64,000 nt of DNA from Nitrospirota bacterium. Lineage in GTDB: Bacteria > Nitrospirota > UBA9217. The DNA lies in assembly GCA_963754875.1 (NCBI GenBank), contig CAVWHO010000001.1:1-64000 (forward strand), written 5' to 3'. Below the pieces are notes generated by a model. That model saw nothing but the letters and a program-made list of their open reading frames with translations, searched no databases and was not told the origin of the DNA. Made by a program: the position numbers and the translations under genes. Of the stretch, positions 39,760 through 49,826 are shown in pieces (the stretch's first letter is position 1; each line of letters opens with the position of its first letter).

Positions 39760-42147
39760 ATGAAACGAAGAAAACTAAGCAGCACTCCCTCGGCAAGAGG
39801 AAAAGCTTTTCAGATCGTTATCCTCTCGTTTCTTCTGTCATTTCTGACAAGCAGTTTTACTTTTGCGGAAGAGCCTCCCGCGTTGTTGTCCGCGCCGGTT
39901 CCTACTCCTGCTCAGATTCAAGCTCCTGTTGAACTGCCAACAGTAAAAATCGAAGGCACGCTTTGGGAGCGGGGGACGAAGAAGCCGCTGTCCCAGGTCA
40001 ATATCTACTGCTTTCCCGAATCAAGTCCGGAAAAGCCGATCAAGATCGTGACCAACAAAACCGGAAAATTTTCAGCCGAAATTCCTGAAGGTAAATTCCG
40101 TTGGGTCATCTCGGTCTCCGGGTACCAGCGGCTGGAACAGAATGATGAACAGCTCTTGGGAAGGGATAACAAGGCCCGGACATTCTACCTGGAAAAAGTA
40201 TCCTACCTCACCTACGAAACCACGGTGTACGGCCGGACCGAGAAGCGGGATGACAAAACCGAATCGCTCAGCCAGGCCCAGTTCCTCACGGTCCCGGGAG
40301 CGAACGGCGACCCGGTAAAGGCGGTCCAGAACCTGCCCGGAGTGAATCGCACGTCGGCGTTCAGTTCCCAGATCATCATCGAAGGGTCTTCCCCGAACGA
40401 TACGCGATACAATATCGACAACCAGCCTGTGCCGATCATTTTTCATTTCGGCGGGCTTTCGTCGGTGGTCATGCCCGAAGCAGTGGATCATGTTGACTAT
40501 CTTTCCGCGGGGTTCGGTCCCGAGTTCGGCCAGACCATTGCCGGCCTCGTGAATCTCACGGTAAAAGACCCGCAGACAGACCGGGACCACGGCTTCGTGT
40601 ATGCGGATTTCATGAATGCCGGCGGGATGATCGAGGGGCCCCTGAACGATCACTCTTCCTATCTCGTCGGCGTGCGGCAAAGCTACATCGGTGCGGTCTT
40701 GGGCGTCGTTGCCCGGAGCAGCAAAGACAATAAGAACTTCGAGCTCACCGCGGCCCCGGACTTCAAGGACACGGTCCTGGAATATAAAAACCAGGTGAGC
40801 TCGAAGGATACCTTCAAGGTCGTCGGAGTGGGCTCACAGGACACCTTTGCCTTTCTTTTGAAGCAGCCGGCGGATCAAGACCCAAGCATTCGCGGCAATT
40901 TCAATCTTCGCACGGATTTTTTCCGCATCATTCCCGAATGGACCCACCAGTACAGCCCCGACGTTACGGGCCGCATCAGCCTGGGCACGGGAAAGGACAC
41001 GACGGTCTTCGACCTGGGAGACTTCTATGCCCGCTCCGAGCAATTGGTCCTGACCGGGAGAGCCGAGCTCGAAGACCAGATCAACTCCACCTGGAAGAGC
41101 TACTGGGGCGCGGATATCCAGAAATACTGGCTGGACTATACGTACCAGCTTCCCGTCGTGTACAACCAGGGAGGGGTCTCCAATCCCATCGGCTCCGGCA
41201 CGCTCACCAACGTTGCCCGCCGCTATGCGCCTGAAGCCGACGGGCTTTACTGGAGAAACGTGATTCACCCACCCGATTCGCGCTGGACCTTTCTTCCCGG
41301 CGTCCGCTACAGCTATTTCAATATGACGAAAGAATCTATCGTCGAGCCGCGCATCGGTGCGCGGTATGCCCTGGACCACGGCTGGACGCTCCGCGCTGCC
41401 GGCGGTCTCTACAATGAAGCGCCTCCCACCGGGGACCTCGACGCGACCTATGGGAATCCCGGGTTGAAATCGCAGAGAGCGGTGCACGGCAGCGCAGGCT
41501 TTGAAAAGGACTTCCGGGACGGATCGGCCACGGGCTGGACGATCACGAACGATTTCTTTTATAAATATCTCTACGATCTCGTTGCCAGTTCCACGGCATT
41601 TTTGAGTCCGTCGCGGCCTGAGTATTACAACAATTCGGGATTCGGCCATATCTACGGCCTGGAGTTCCTGGGCAAGTTCCGGTCCCTGACCTGGGAAGGC
41701 TGGGTCTCCTATACCTATTCGCGCAGCACGAGAGGGGACAACCTGACGCCGGAGACGCTCGCTCAATACGATCAGACCCATCTGCTCACCCTGGTCGCGG
41801 ACAAGGAGCTCGGCAAGAACTGGAAGATATCCACCCGCATCCGCTACGCGACAGGCAATCTATATACGCCCGTTGTGGGCAGCGTCTTCGACGTGGACAA
41901 CGACGTTTACACCCCGATACGCGGCGATATCTACTCGCAGCGCATGGGCGACTTTTTCCAGGCGGACGTACGGTTCGACAAGAAATGGGTCTACGACAAA
42001 TGGATCCTCACGGGCTACCTCGACATCGAGAACGTAACGAACCGGCAGAACCCGCAGCAGATCAACTATTCGTACAACTACCAGCAGTCGGCGACGGTCA
42101 CGGGACTGCCGCTCTTCCCAACCCTGGGGGTGAAGGCGGAGTTTTGA
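39760..42147 (+). CDS. TonB-dependent outer-membrane receptor with an N-terminal extension domain
   Basis: Signal peptide, plug (GDPVKAVQNLPGV, FHFGG, YLSAGFGPEFG), beta-barrel, ENVTN, terminal Phe. Confidence 0.9.
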   Translation: MKRRKLSSTPSARGKAFQIVILSFLLSFLTSSFTFAEEPPALLSAPVPTPAQIQAPVELPTVKIEGTLWERGTKKPLSQVNIYCFPESSPEKPIKIVTNKTGKFSAEIPEGKFRWVISVSGYQRLEQNDEQLLGRDNKARTFYLEKVSYLTYETTVYGRTEKRDDKTESLSQAQFLTVPGANGDPVKAVQNLPGVNRTSAFSSQIIIEGSSPNDTRYNIDNQPVPIIFHFGGLSSVVMPEAVDHVDYLSAGFGPEFGQTIAGLVNLTVKDPQTDRDHGFVYADFMNAGGMIEGPLNDHSSYLVGVRQSYIGAVLGVVARSSKDNKNFELTAAPDFKDTVLEYKNQVSSKDTFKVVGVGSQDTFAFLLKQPADQDPSIRGNFNLRTDFFRIIPEWTHQYSPDVTGRISLGTGKDTTVFDLGDFYARSEQLVLTGRAELEDQINSTWKSYWGADIQKYWLDYTYQLPVVYNQGGVSNPIGSGTLTNVARRYAPEADGLYWRNVIHPPDSRWTFLPGVRYSYFNMTKESIVEPRIGARYALDHGWTLRAAGGLYNEAPPTGDLDATYGNPGLKSQRAVHGSAGFEKDFRDGSATGWTITNDFFYKYLYDLVASSTAFLSPSRPEYYNNSGFGHIYGLEFLGKFRSLTWEGWVSYTYSRSTRGDNLTPETLAQYDQTHLLTLVADKELGKNWKISTRIRYATGNLYTPVVGSVFDVDNDVYTPIRGDIYSQRMGDFFQADVRFDKKWVYDKWILTGYLDIENVTNRQNPQQINYSYNYQQSATVTGLPLFPTLGVKAEF

Positions 42148-42308
42148 TAAAGGGAAGTGCCGAAAAAGAAATCAAAGAAGCATCCAAGCAATCCACAGTG
42201 GACACAGAAGAAATGTGAGCAAGTACGCATAAGATATTTTAAGACGGTCCTCTGCGAACTCTGTGGTAGGATTTTGAATATTACGTTAATGCAGTCAGGA
42301 GAACCGAC

Positions 42309-43178
42309 ATGATCAAACCCAACTCAAGACGATTGGCCATCACCCTCTGCCTGGCAATTGCGCTTAGCAGCTGCGGAACGAATAATTTCCCGAAATACGA
42401 GGACCTTGGCGACCTCCGGATATTGACGATCATCGTCGACCAGCCCGAGGTGAACCCCGGTACGACCGTAACGTTTACGCCTGTGTTGAGCGACCTCAAC
42501 GGCCAGGGGCGCGCCATCAATTTTGCGGTCCAGGGCTGCATCGACCCGGGCGTGGGTATCGGGGCGGTACCGGTTTGCGTTGCTCCCGATCCTGCCAGTA
42601 TCCAGACCGGGACAGTAACCATAGCGCCCGGGGCCAGCCAGACCTACACGGGACCGGTTTCATCTTTTACGCTGACCATGCCCGATGCGGCCACGATATT
42701 TGCCGGAAGAAGCAGCACAGACCAGTATAACGGCGTGGCCTATCTGGTGTTCTATTCCATCAGCGTTCCCAACGGGCCGACGGTCAACTCCTTCCTGCGG
42801 GTCATTATTTCCTCAGCAAGTAAAACGCAGAAGAACCAGGACCCGGTGATGAGCTCCGTCGACATCAACGACAGCCCGATTACCGGCATCATCCCCATGC
42901 CTGCCTCGTCAGCAAACTTCAGGGTGACCTATCCGCCGAGTTCTGCTGAGACTTATCAAAGTATGCTGCAAGACGGAAGCGTTACGACGCAAACGGAAGA
43001 GCTGATCAGTACGTGGTTCATCTCAGACGGCGCCTTTGATTCGAGCAGAACGATCGGAAATACCGAGGATTCCTGGACCCCTCCGGATTCGAAACCGGTT
43101 GGCAGAGGAGGTGTCATTTTCGTGGTCACGCGGGACGGCCGGGGAGGAGCTGCGTTTCAGAAGGTAGAAATGAACTAA
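42309..43178 (+). CDS. Lipoprotein, probable partner of the TonB-dependent receptor
   Basis: Lipobox LSSC, LRILTIIVDQPE, C-terminal VTRDGRGG. Confidence 0.8.
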   Translation: MIKPNSRRLAITLCLAIALSSCGTNNFPKYEDLGDLRILTIIVDQPEVNPGTTVTFTPVLSDLNGQGRAINFAVQGCIDPGVGIGAVPVCVAPDPASIQTGTVTIAPGASQTYTGPVSSFTLTMPDAATIFAGRSSTDQYNGVAYLVFYSISVPNGPTVNSFLRVIISSASKTQKNQDPVMSSVDINDSPITGIIPMPASSANFRVTYPPSSAETYQSMLQDGSVTTQTEELISTWFISDGAFDSSRTIGNTEDSWTPPDSKPVGRGGVIFVVTRDGRGGAAFQKVEMN

Positions 43179-43339
43179 TCAGTTGCAATCAAATTCTTCT
43201 CAAAAATGGGGAGAAAATTTACCGCGAAGTCGCTAAGGAAATCTTTAAGTCATGGTATTTAACAGAAGAATCTTCAGCTCTCCTTCGCGACCATCGCGCC
43301 TTAGTGGTTCAGGGGGTTGGGCCGTTTATTTTTTTATTA

Positions 43340-43523
43340 GCCCTATCTCCCCAGCCAGCCCCGCGCCCCCCGAAGTCACCCTACCCGAGATATGCTGTAG
43401 TAGATTACCGTACCTCCACCCCCTCCGCCGCCGCAATAGGTAAGAAGGAAGGTTGTAGCAGCCATCACAAGAAATGACAAAAACAGAAATCTCTTTCGTT
43501 TTTAGTTTAATTAAACTCATCAT
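43340..43523 (-). pseudogene. Frameshifted, truncated lipoprotein N-terminus
   Basis: Across frames reads MMSLIKLK/RFLFLSFLVMAATTFLLTYCGGGGGGGTVIYYSIS/GRVTSGGAGLAG, then stops. Confidence 0.5.
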
Positions 43524-43625
43524 CTTAGGCTACCTCCGTGGAGAAACTTCGTACTCATTGGTATAATTATTGCGCTCGTTGGAAAACAAGTCGAGGAGGG
43601 GGGAATAACGAATTAGCCGCAGGCA

Positions 43626-44714
43626 TCAAACTGTGGTAAACCCCAGCGACTCAGCCAGGGCCTGGTTCACGATCTTGCCGTGATAGGTGTTCAGCGCACT
43701 TCTGATGATCGGGTCTTCCAGTACGGCTTTTTTGATACTTTTGTCTGCGATGATTTTAATATAGGGCAGCGTTGCGTTCGTGAGGGCCAGCGTTGACGTC
43801 CTCGGGTAGGCGCCCGGCATGTTCGCCACGCAATAGTGGATAATGCCGTCAATTGCAAACACGGGATCATCGTGCGTTGTAGGGTGCGAGGTCTCAATGC
43901 ATCCACCCTGGTCAATGGAGACGTCAACAATCACCGTACCTTTTTTCATGGTCCCGAGCATCCGCCTGGTGATCAATACTGGTGTTCTTCCGCCGGGCAC
44001 GAGCACCGCGCCAACAATGATGTCCGCATCCCTGATCTCTGCCGCAACAATTTGGGTTGTTACGGGCAGAGTTTCCACTCTCCCCATGAACATCTCGTCT
44101 ATTTTCTGAAGCCGCTCCGTTCCTTTGTTCATGATGACGGTTTCCATGCCGAGATTCGATGCTACCCGGGCCGCGTTCGTGCCGACCACTCCCGCGCCGA
44201 GGATCACGATTTTCGCCGGCTTGACGCCGCTGGCACCCGTTGCCAGGACGCCTGAACCGCCTTTGAACTTCTGGAGATAGAAACTCCCCATGAGGGGGGC
44301 CATACGACCGGCTATTTCACTCATCGGTGATAAAAGGGGCAGACTATTGTCCTTGGTCAGCGTCTCGTAGGCGATACCGGTAATACCTTTCCTCAAGAGA
44401 ACCTCGGTCAGCTCCCGGTTCGGCGCAAGATGGAGATACGTAAAGACCGCCTGCTCGCGCCGGAAAAAGTCATACTCAGCGGGGACCGGTTCCTTCACCT
44501 TGACGATCAGTTCAGCCCTGTCAAAGAGGCTGCGTTTATCGGTCATAGCAGCTCCGGCTTTTTTATACTCTTCGTCAGTGAACCCGCTGCCCTCTCCGGC
44601 ATTGGCCTCGACGAGAACCGTGTGGCCGTCCTGTTTCAGATCCTCTACGCCGAAAGGCGTGATGCCGACGCGAAATTCTTCAACTTTTATTTCTTTGGGG
44701 ACGCCGATGATCAT
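43626..44714 (-). CDS. ald: Alanine dehydrogenase
   Basis: IGVPKEIK..EFRV, VKVKEP, FTYLHLA, PMSEIAGR, DVSIDQGG, YCVANMPGA. Confidence 0.96.
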   Translation of the reverse strand: MIIGVPKEIKVEEFRVGITPFGVEDLKQDGHTVLVEANAGEGSGFTDEEYKKAGAAMTDKRSLFDRAELIVKVKEPVPAEYDFFRREQAVFTYLHLAPNRELTEVLLRKGITGIAYETLTKDNSLPLLSPMSEIAGRMAPLMGSFYLQKFKGGSGVLATGASGVKPAKIVILGAGVVGTNAARVASNLGMETVIMNKGTERLQKIDEMFMGRVETLPVTTQIVAAEIRDADIIVGAVLVPGGRTPVLITRRMLGTMKKGTVIVDVSIDQGGCIETSHPTTHDDPVFAIDGIIHYCVANMPGAYPRTSTLALTNATLPYIKIIADKSIKKAVLEDPIIRSALNTYHGKIVNQALAESLGFTTV

Positions 44715-44814
44715 GTCCACTCCTGGGTAACTTTTTCGCACGTATCTACTCAAATAGTAGCATATGCGCCAACGGGCTGCAGGGCGCTCCGGTCCGTGAA
44801 TGTTCATGAAAGTA

Positions 44815-44843
44815 TTGACTAAAAGAAAAATTTTCGGTAGTAT
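44815..44843 (+). promoter_or_regulatory. Putative sigma70 promoter
   Basis: TTGACT-N17-TAGTAT, 40 bp before the next ATG. Confidence 0.6.
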
Positions 44844-44882
44844 GTGCCTTCATAAAAAACATATCATCAGGAGGGTTTTGAA

Positions 44883-45407
44883 ATGGCGGAAGAAAAGAAA
44901 GAACCTTGGCTCAATTATCTCGCGCTCACGACGGTGATCTTCGCGGTTTGTGCAACGCTTTCAACGCTCAAAGGCGGCGGTTACGGATCGAAGGCGGTCA
45001 TGTCCCAGGCCCAGGCCTCGGACGAGTGGTCCTATTATCAGGCCAAGAGCATCAAAGGGTATCTTTATGAGCTTCAGCGGGACAAGCTGGACCTGGAACT
45101 GAAAGCAGGGGCGCGTGCTGCGGCGGAGTATCGAAAAAAAGTCCAATTCTACCAGGACGAGATAAACCGCTACAGGACGGAAAAGGAAGAGATCAAGAAA
45201 AAGGCCGACATACTCGAGGCGAGCCGGGACAATGCACAGAAACATTCCGGCGCTTTCGGCCTGGCGGCCATGTTCCTCCAGATCGCGATCCTGCTCTCAT
45301 CCATTGCTGCACTGATGAAGCAGAAATACTTCTGGTTTCTCGGCATGGCGTCGGGAGTTTTAGGGCTTTTCTATTTCTTTAACGGGTTTTTCCTGTTTAT
45401 GAAGTAA
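44883..45407 (+). CDS. DUF4337-like membrane protein
   Basis: ASDEWSYYQAKSIK, LQIAILLSSIAAL. Confidence 0.85.
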   Translation: MAEEKKEPWLNYLALTTVIFAVCATLSTLKGGGYGSKAVMSQAQASDEWSYYQAKSIKGYLYELQRDKLDLELKAGARAAAEYRKKVQFYQDEINRYRTEKEEIKKKADILEASRDNAQKHSGAFGLAAMFLQIAILLSSIAALMKQKYFWFLGMASGVLGLFYFFNGFFLFMK

Positions 45408-45429
45408 AGGACGCACGAGGGTAACCCGC

Positions 45430-45462
45430 AAAAAAAAGTCCGTCATTGACGGACTTTTTTTT
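45430..45462. terminator. Bidirectional terminator between convergent genes
   Basis: AAAAAAAAGTCCGTC-ATT-GACGGACTTTTTTT. Confidence 0.85.
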
Positions 45463-45490
45463 GCGGACAGGGCAGGCCGGTTCGCCCGCC

Positions 45491-46804
45491 CTATTTTTCA
45501 AAGTCAATTGCTTCGCCCCTGCCGATCTCTTCGCTGCTCTGGCTTACCACGGCGGTAGACGTCCGATCCTTCACCAGAAAGACCAGCACCTCACCGACCG
45601 CCTTTCTCGGAAAGCCCTTCTTTCCCGGCTCTTGGTATACGATAAACCGGTCGCCCGGCTCAACGCCGTCCAGACTTCCTTTATCCAGGTAAACGATGTC
45701 CGTCTGGGCGTTAATCGTATGATGGTCCGCCACTTCGAGAATATATCCTGAAATATCTTTTGACCCTTTTTGCGATGATCGATAGATAAGGGACGGTTCC
45801 TGATAGGGGGTCAAGAGGTTTTTCCTCTCGATGTCTCCGAACGAGAGGGTGATCCGCGCAGTGAGCACGTCACTCGAATCCTTGGCCGTAATCTGGAGGA
45901 TGCCCAGTCCCCGGATGAGCCGTCCATAGCGCTCGCCGGTTTTCGGGTGCCTTACCCTCTCCAGCGGCACGTAAATCAGGTATTTGTCTCCGACATTCAC
46001 GCTCTCTTTTGAACGTACGTGGATATAAACAATGTCGTCATAGGCATACATTGTTTTCCCTTTGTCTGCCGCGCCGACGATCATGTCGCTGCTCTCGATG
46101 TTGTTCACAAAGCCGGCGCTGAGCATGGAGTATTTGTCGATGATCGGGACGGGATGCTCCTCGGGCGCAATGAGCTTCCCTTCCGAGGGGGCCGCTTCTT
46201 CAGGGGCTTCTGCCGAAGGAGCAGGCTGCGCCGTTTTTGGCTGCACGGCAGGGCTTTCCGCAGGCTTTGGTTCCTGAACCGGTGCCGCTGCTTCTTCTTT
46301 CGGGGCGGGCTGCTGCTCGATTGCCTGTTCCGCGGGGGCCGTCTCGGCCGGGGCCTGGATGGCGCGTTCCAGGGGGGCGAGATTTGGAATGGAAAGTTTA
46401 TTGCCGGCAAAGATCAGATCCGGGTTGGTTATGCCCGGATTTGCTTTCCAGATGAATGGCCAGAGAAAAGGATCTTTCAGAAACGTGTTCGCAATGTCCC
46501 AGAGCGTATCGCCCTGTTTGATCGTGTATGCGGTTTCCTCTTCAGGAGCAGGGGCCGACTGCTCCGCGGCCGGTGACGGCGCTTGCAGCTGTTGTTCTTC
46601 CGGCGCCGACTCTGCTTGTTTTCCCGCGGGAGCGCTTACCGTGTCGCCCTGCTTCTGCCGGACCGCTTCCCCGGTTTTTTCGGGCTGCGGCGCTGCAGGG
46701 GTGTTCTGCTCCTGGGAAACGGCGATACCGGGAGCAAACAGGACAAGCAAAAAAAGAAGAGCAAGGCATGCTGCCTGTGAAATGGCGTCCAACCGTTTGG
46801 TCAT
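45491..46804 (-). CDS. Secreted LysM peptidoglycan-binding protein
   Basis: Signal peptide, Pro/Ala/Glu linkers, YTIKQGDTLWDIA..W..N..NPDLI, C-terminal VYLDKG..GV.PG. Confidence 0.9.
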   Translation of the reverse strand: MTKRLDAISQAACLALLFLLVLFAPGIAVSQEQNTPAAPQPEKTGEAVRQKQGDTVSAPAGKQAESAPEEQQLQAPSPAAEQSAPAPEEETAYTIKQGDTLWDIANTFLKDPFLWPFIWKANPGITNPDLIFAGNKLSIPNLAPLERAIQAPAETAPAEQAIEQQPAPKEEAAAPVQEPKPAESPAVQPKTAQPAPSAEAPEEAAPSEGKLIAPEEHPVPIIDKYSMLSAGFVNNIESSDMIVGAADKGKTMYAYDDIVYIHVRSKESVNVGDKYLIYVPLERVRHPKTGERYGRLIRGLGILQITAKDSSDVLTARITLSFGDIERKNLLTPYQEPSLIYRSSQKGSKDISGYILEVADHHTINAQTDIVYLDKGSLDGVEPGDRFIVYQEPGKKGFPRKAVGEVLVFLVKDRTSTAVVSQSSEEIGRGEAIDFEK

Positions 46805-47180
46805 TCCTGCCTCCTGACGTATTAGTTTCATTTATTTTTCCCCGTACCAGTGAGCCCTGGCATCGCGGTGATCCGTGTTCCGGCAATGCAAGCAGGCAGA
46901 CCGCACCGGCGAATCGGTAGGAAACCCGAGAGTCGGACCGATGGCGGAAATATTTGTGTCGGTGCACATTCCGAAGCGATCCTCCTCGTGCCGTTAGGCA
47001 AACGCGCTGGGTCCCTCTCTTCAATCCCGATGGCCGTCCGCTTGCCCTTGTAAAGGGGCTTGCTGGGGCCGATTTTTTCTAAAGATTAACGAGAAACCTC
47101 TGGTTTGTCAAGAGAATAATAGAAACCGGGCCAAACCATACCTTGCTTTTGACCGGTGTTTTTGGTATTCTGCCGTTACC

Positions 47181-49370
47181 ATGGTTATTGACAGCAAAGA
47201 AGGCCAAACCGGGCGGAAAGGAGTCCTGTATCTCTTCGGGTTTCTCGCACTGACCGCACTTGCCATAGTGCTGCAACTCGAGCACCGGGGGTTTGGAGGC
47301 CCGCTTTCCGACAACATTCTCATATTCCTGCTCGTGAGCGCGAACTTCCTGCTCTTTGCCGTTGTTATCGTCATGATCGCCAAGAGCCTCTGGAAGCTCT
47401 CGGTCGAGCGAAAACACGGAGTGCTGGGCGCCCGCTTCCGGAGAAAGCTCGTTTTTGCCTTTGTCAGCCTTTCCTTCATCCCGCCTGTTCTTCTGTACTT
47501 TATCGGGAGCGGCATGTTCACCAGCAGTATTGAACGGTTGTTCAGTCTGCGCATTGAAAATTCGCTGAAAGATTCCGTTGCTCTGACGCAGGAATATTAC
47601 GACCGGCTTCAAAAGGACGCCTTTTTTTTTGCGAAGCAGATCAGCAGGCAGATGAGCGAAACCCACCTCCTGACGCGATTTGAAAACCCCGTACTCAAGG
47701 ATTATCTGTTAAAAAAGGGGAATGAGTACGGCCTGGGATCGGTCGAGCTTTTCCTTGGACCGAATAAACGCGCCATAGGCGTCGTTACCGGCCAATATCC
47801 GGCCAGGACTTTTACCCGGACACCGTCTGATCTGGTGGCCGAGGCGCTCGCGGGCCAGGAAGCAGCTGATGTATCGAGTGCGGGAAGAAAGGGTGATATC
47901 CTGCGGGCGGTGGTTCCGCTTTACGAAACTCCGGAGGGGGGGGCGGTGGCTGCTGCAGTCGCGGTCAGTTATTATGTCCCGCAGCACCTGTCGAAGAAAG
48001 TGGACATGATCCGCGACGGGTACGTGCAGTACCGGCAGGCGTTCAAAGAAAAAGAACCGATCAAGGTCGCCTACCAGCTCGGTTTTCTTGCCGTTACCCT
48101 CACGCTCCTTCTTGCCGCGATCTGGGTGGCGCTCCGGGTCGCTGCAGGCATCACCGTTCCGATCAAGAAGCTGGCTGAAGGGACCGCGGCGGTAGCGGCA
48201 GGCAAATTCGATTACCGGATCGACGAGAAGTCCGGCGATGAAGTGGGTGTGCTGATCGATTCCTTCAACTCGATGACTCAGGAGCTCAAGGCCTCCCGGG
48301 AGCGGCTCGAGCAGGAAATGAACTATAAGAAGACGATCCTGTCGAACATCGACACGGGAGTCGTATCCATCGATCGGGCGGCCCGGATAACAACGGTCAA
48401 CCAGTCCGCCTCGGAGGTCCTCGGCATCCGGGAAGAGGACGTGCTCGGGAAACGGTACGATGAGGCCTTCGGGTTCATCGAGCTGGACCCGATCCGCGGC
48501 CTGTTCCGCAAGCTGGAAGAGGGCCAGGGATGGGCCGAGGAGGAACTGCAACTGAACGTTCGCGGCCGCATGCTTACCTTGCGGATGCGGGTCTCGACCC
48601 TCCGCGACGGCGGAGGCATGCTCATCGGCTCGGTCATTACCTTCGACGATCTTACCGAGCTCCTCCGGGCGAAAAAAGCAGAGACCTGGCAGGACGTTGC
48701 CAGGCGGATCGCGCATGAGTTCAAAAATCCGCTGACGCCCATCAAACTTTCCGCAGAACGTCTTCGGAAGAAACATGCCGAGGGGGCGCCGGACTTTGAC
48801 GCCGTGTTCGACGAGTGCAGCCGAACAATCGTCCAGGAAGCCGACGGCCTGCGGAACCTTGTCGACGAGTTTGCGAATTTTGCCCGAATGCCGAGTGCAA
48901 ACCCTGTCCCGCAGCCGCTGGCGCCGGTGCTCGAAAGCGTGGTCCAGCTTTACAGCGGTGCGCACAAGGACATCGCGGTTGTGAAAGACATTACGCCGGG
49001 CATGCCCTTTGTGCTTCTGGACAGTGAACAGATAAAGCGGGTATTCATCAACCTTTTCGAAAATGCCGTGGAGGCGATGGGCGGCAAAGGCAGGATCTGG
49101 ATCACGGCGGGAATGAAATCCGACAGTGCGGCGCAGATCATCGTGGCCGATGAGGGCGCGGGGATAGCGGATGAAGACGTTCCCAGGCTGTTTGAACCTG
49201 ATTTTTCGAGGAAGAAGAAAAAGAGCGGACTCGGCCTCGCCATCGTTCTCCGGATCATCAAGGACCACGGCGGATCCATACGCATGGAGCAGAACAGGCC
49301 CCGGGGTGCGCGGTTCGTCATCGAGCTGCCGGTTGCGATCAAGAACACAGAAGTGCATAGTTCATACTAG
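47181..49370 (+). CDS. NtrY-like sensor histidine kinase (HAMP, PAS)
   Basis: WQDVARRIAHEFKNPLTPI, VDEFANFARMP, NLFENA, DEGAG, GLGL. Confidence 0.92.
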   Translation: MVIDSKEGQTGRKGVLYLFGFLALTALAIVLQLEHRGFGGPLSDNILIFLLVSANFLLFAVVIVMIAKSLWKLSVERKHGVLGARFRRKLVFAFVSLSFIPPVLLYFIGSGMFTSSIERLFSLRIENSLKDSVALTQEYYDRLQKDAFFFAKQISRQMSETHLLTRFENPVLKDYLLKKGNEYGLGSVELFLGPNKRAIGVVTGQYPARTFTRTPSDLVAEALAGQEAADVSSAGRKGDILRAVVPLYETPEGGAVAAAVAVSYYVPQHLSKKVDMIRDGYVQYRQAFKEKEPIKVAYQLGFLAVTLTLLLAAIWVALRVAAGITVPIKKLAEGTAAVAAGKFDYRIDEKSGDEVGVLIDSFNSMTQELKASRERLEQEMNYKKTILSNIDTGVVSIDRAARITTVNQSASEVLGIREEDVLGKRYDEAFGFIELDPIRGLFRKLEEGQGWAEEELQLNVRGRMLTLRMRVSTLRDGGGMLIGSVITFDDLTELLRAKKAETWQDVARRIAHEFKNPLTPIKLSAERLRKKHAEGAPDFDAVFDECSRTIVQEADGLRNLVDEFANFARMPSANPVPQPLAPVLESVVQLYSGAHKDIAVVKDITPGMPFVLLDSEQIKRVFINLFENAVEAMGGKGRIWITAGMKSDSAAQIIVADEGAGIADEDVPRLFEPDFSRKKKKSGLGLAIVLRIIKDHGGSIRMEQNRPRGARFVIELPVAIKNTEVHSSY

Positions 49371-49457
49371 AAGAAGTGCGATCTCTCACTCAACTGCCGA
49401 AACTTTGAACGGTGAACACTCTGAACTTTGCATTTTCTAAAGGGGAGGACCTACATT

Positions 49458-49826
49458 TTGGATACAGCATCAACAATACTGATTACACTCGCCGCAATCT
49501 ACCTGATCATAAAACTGTTCGGCTACCTGAGCCGGCTGGGAATCAAGCAGCTTTCCCCGCGTGATCTTGACCAGAAAAAGGGGATCGTCCTCCTCGACGT
49601 CCGCACGGACAAAGAGTACGCACAGGGGCATATTCCCGGCGCCGTCCACGTTCCGCTTACGGATATCGGCGAAAAAGTCAAAAAACTCAAGAAGGACAAG
49701 GACGTTGTCGTTTTTTGCCAGAACGGGAACCGCAGCATCTGGGCGATCAAGCGGCTGATGGGCATGGGCTACAAGAACCTGTATAATCTAAAGGGCGGCT
49801 ATCGTGCCTGGAAAAGAACTCATTGA
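49458..49826 (+). CDS. Rhodanese-like domain protein
   Basis: LLDVRT..EY..GHIPGA, FCQNGNRS, LKGG..AW; TTG start after GGAGG. Confidence 0.9.
   Translation: MDTASTILITLAAIYLIIKLFGYLSRLGIKQLSPRDLDQKKGIVLLDVRTDKEYAQGHIPGAVHVPLTDIGEKVKKLKKDKDVVVFCQNGNRSIWAIKRLMGMGYKNLYNLKGGYRAWKRTH

Noticed and set aside
47709..49358. 549-aa minus-strand ORF
   Set aside because: Antisense shadow of the NtrY-like kinase.
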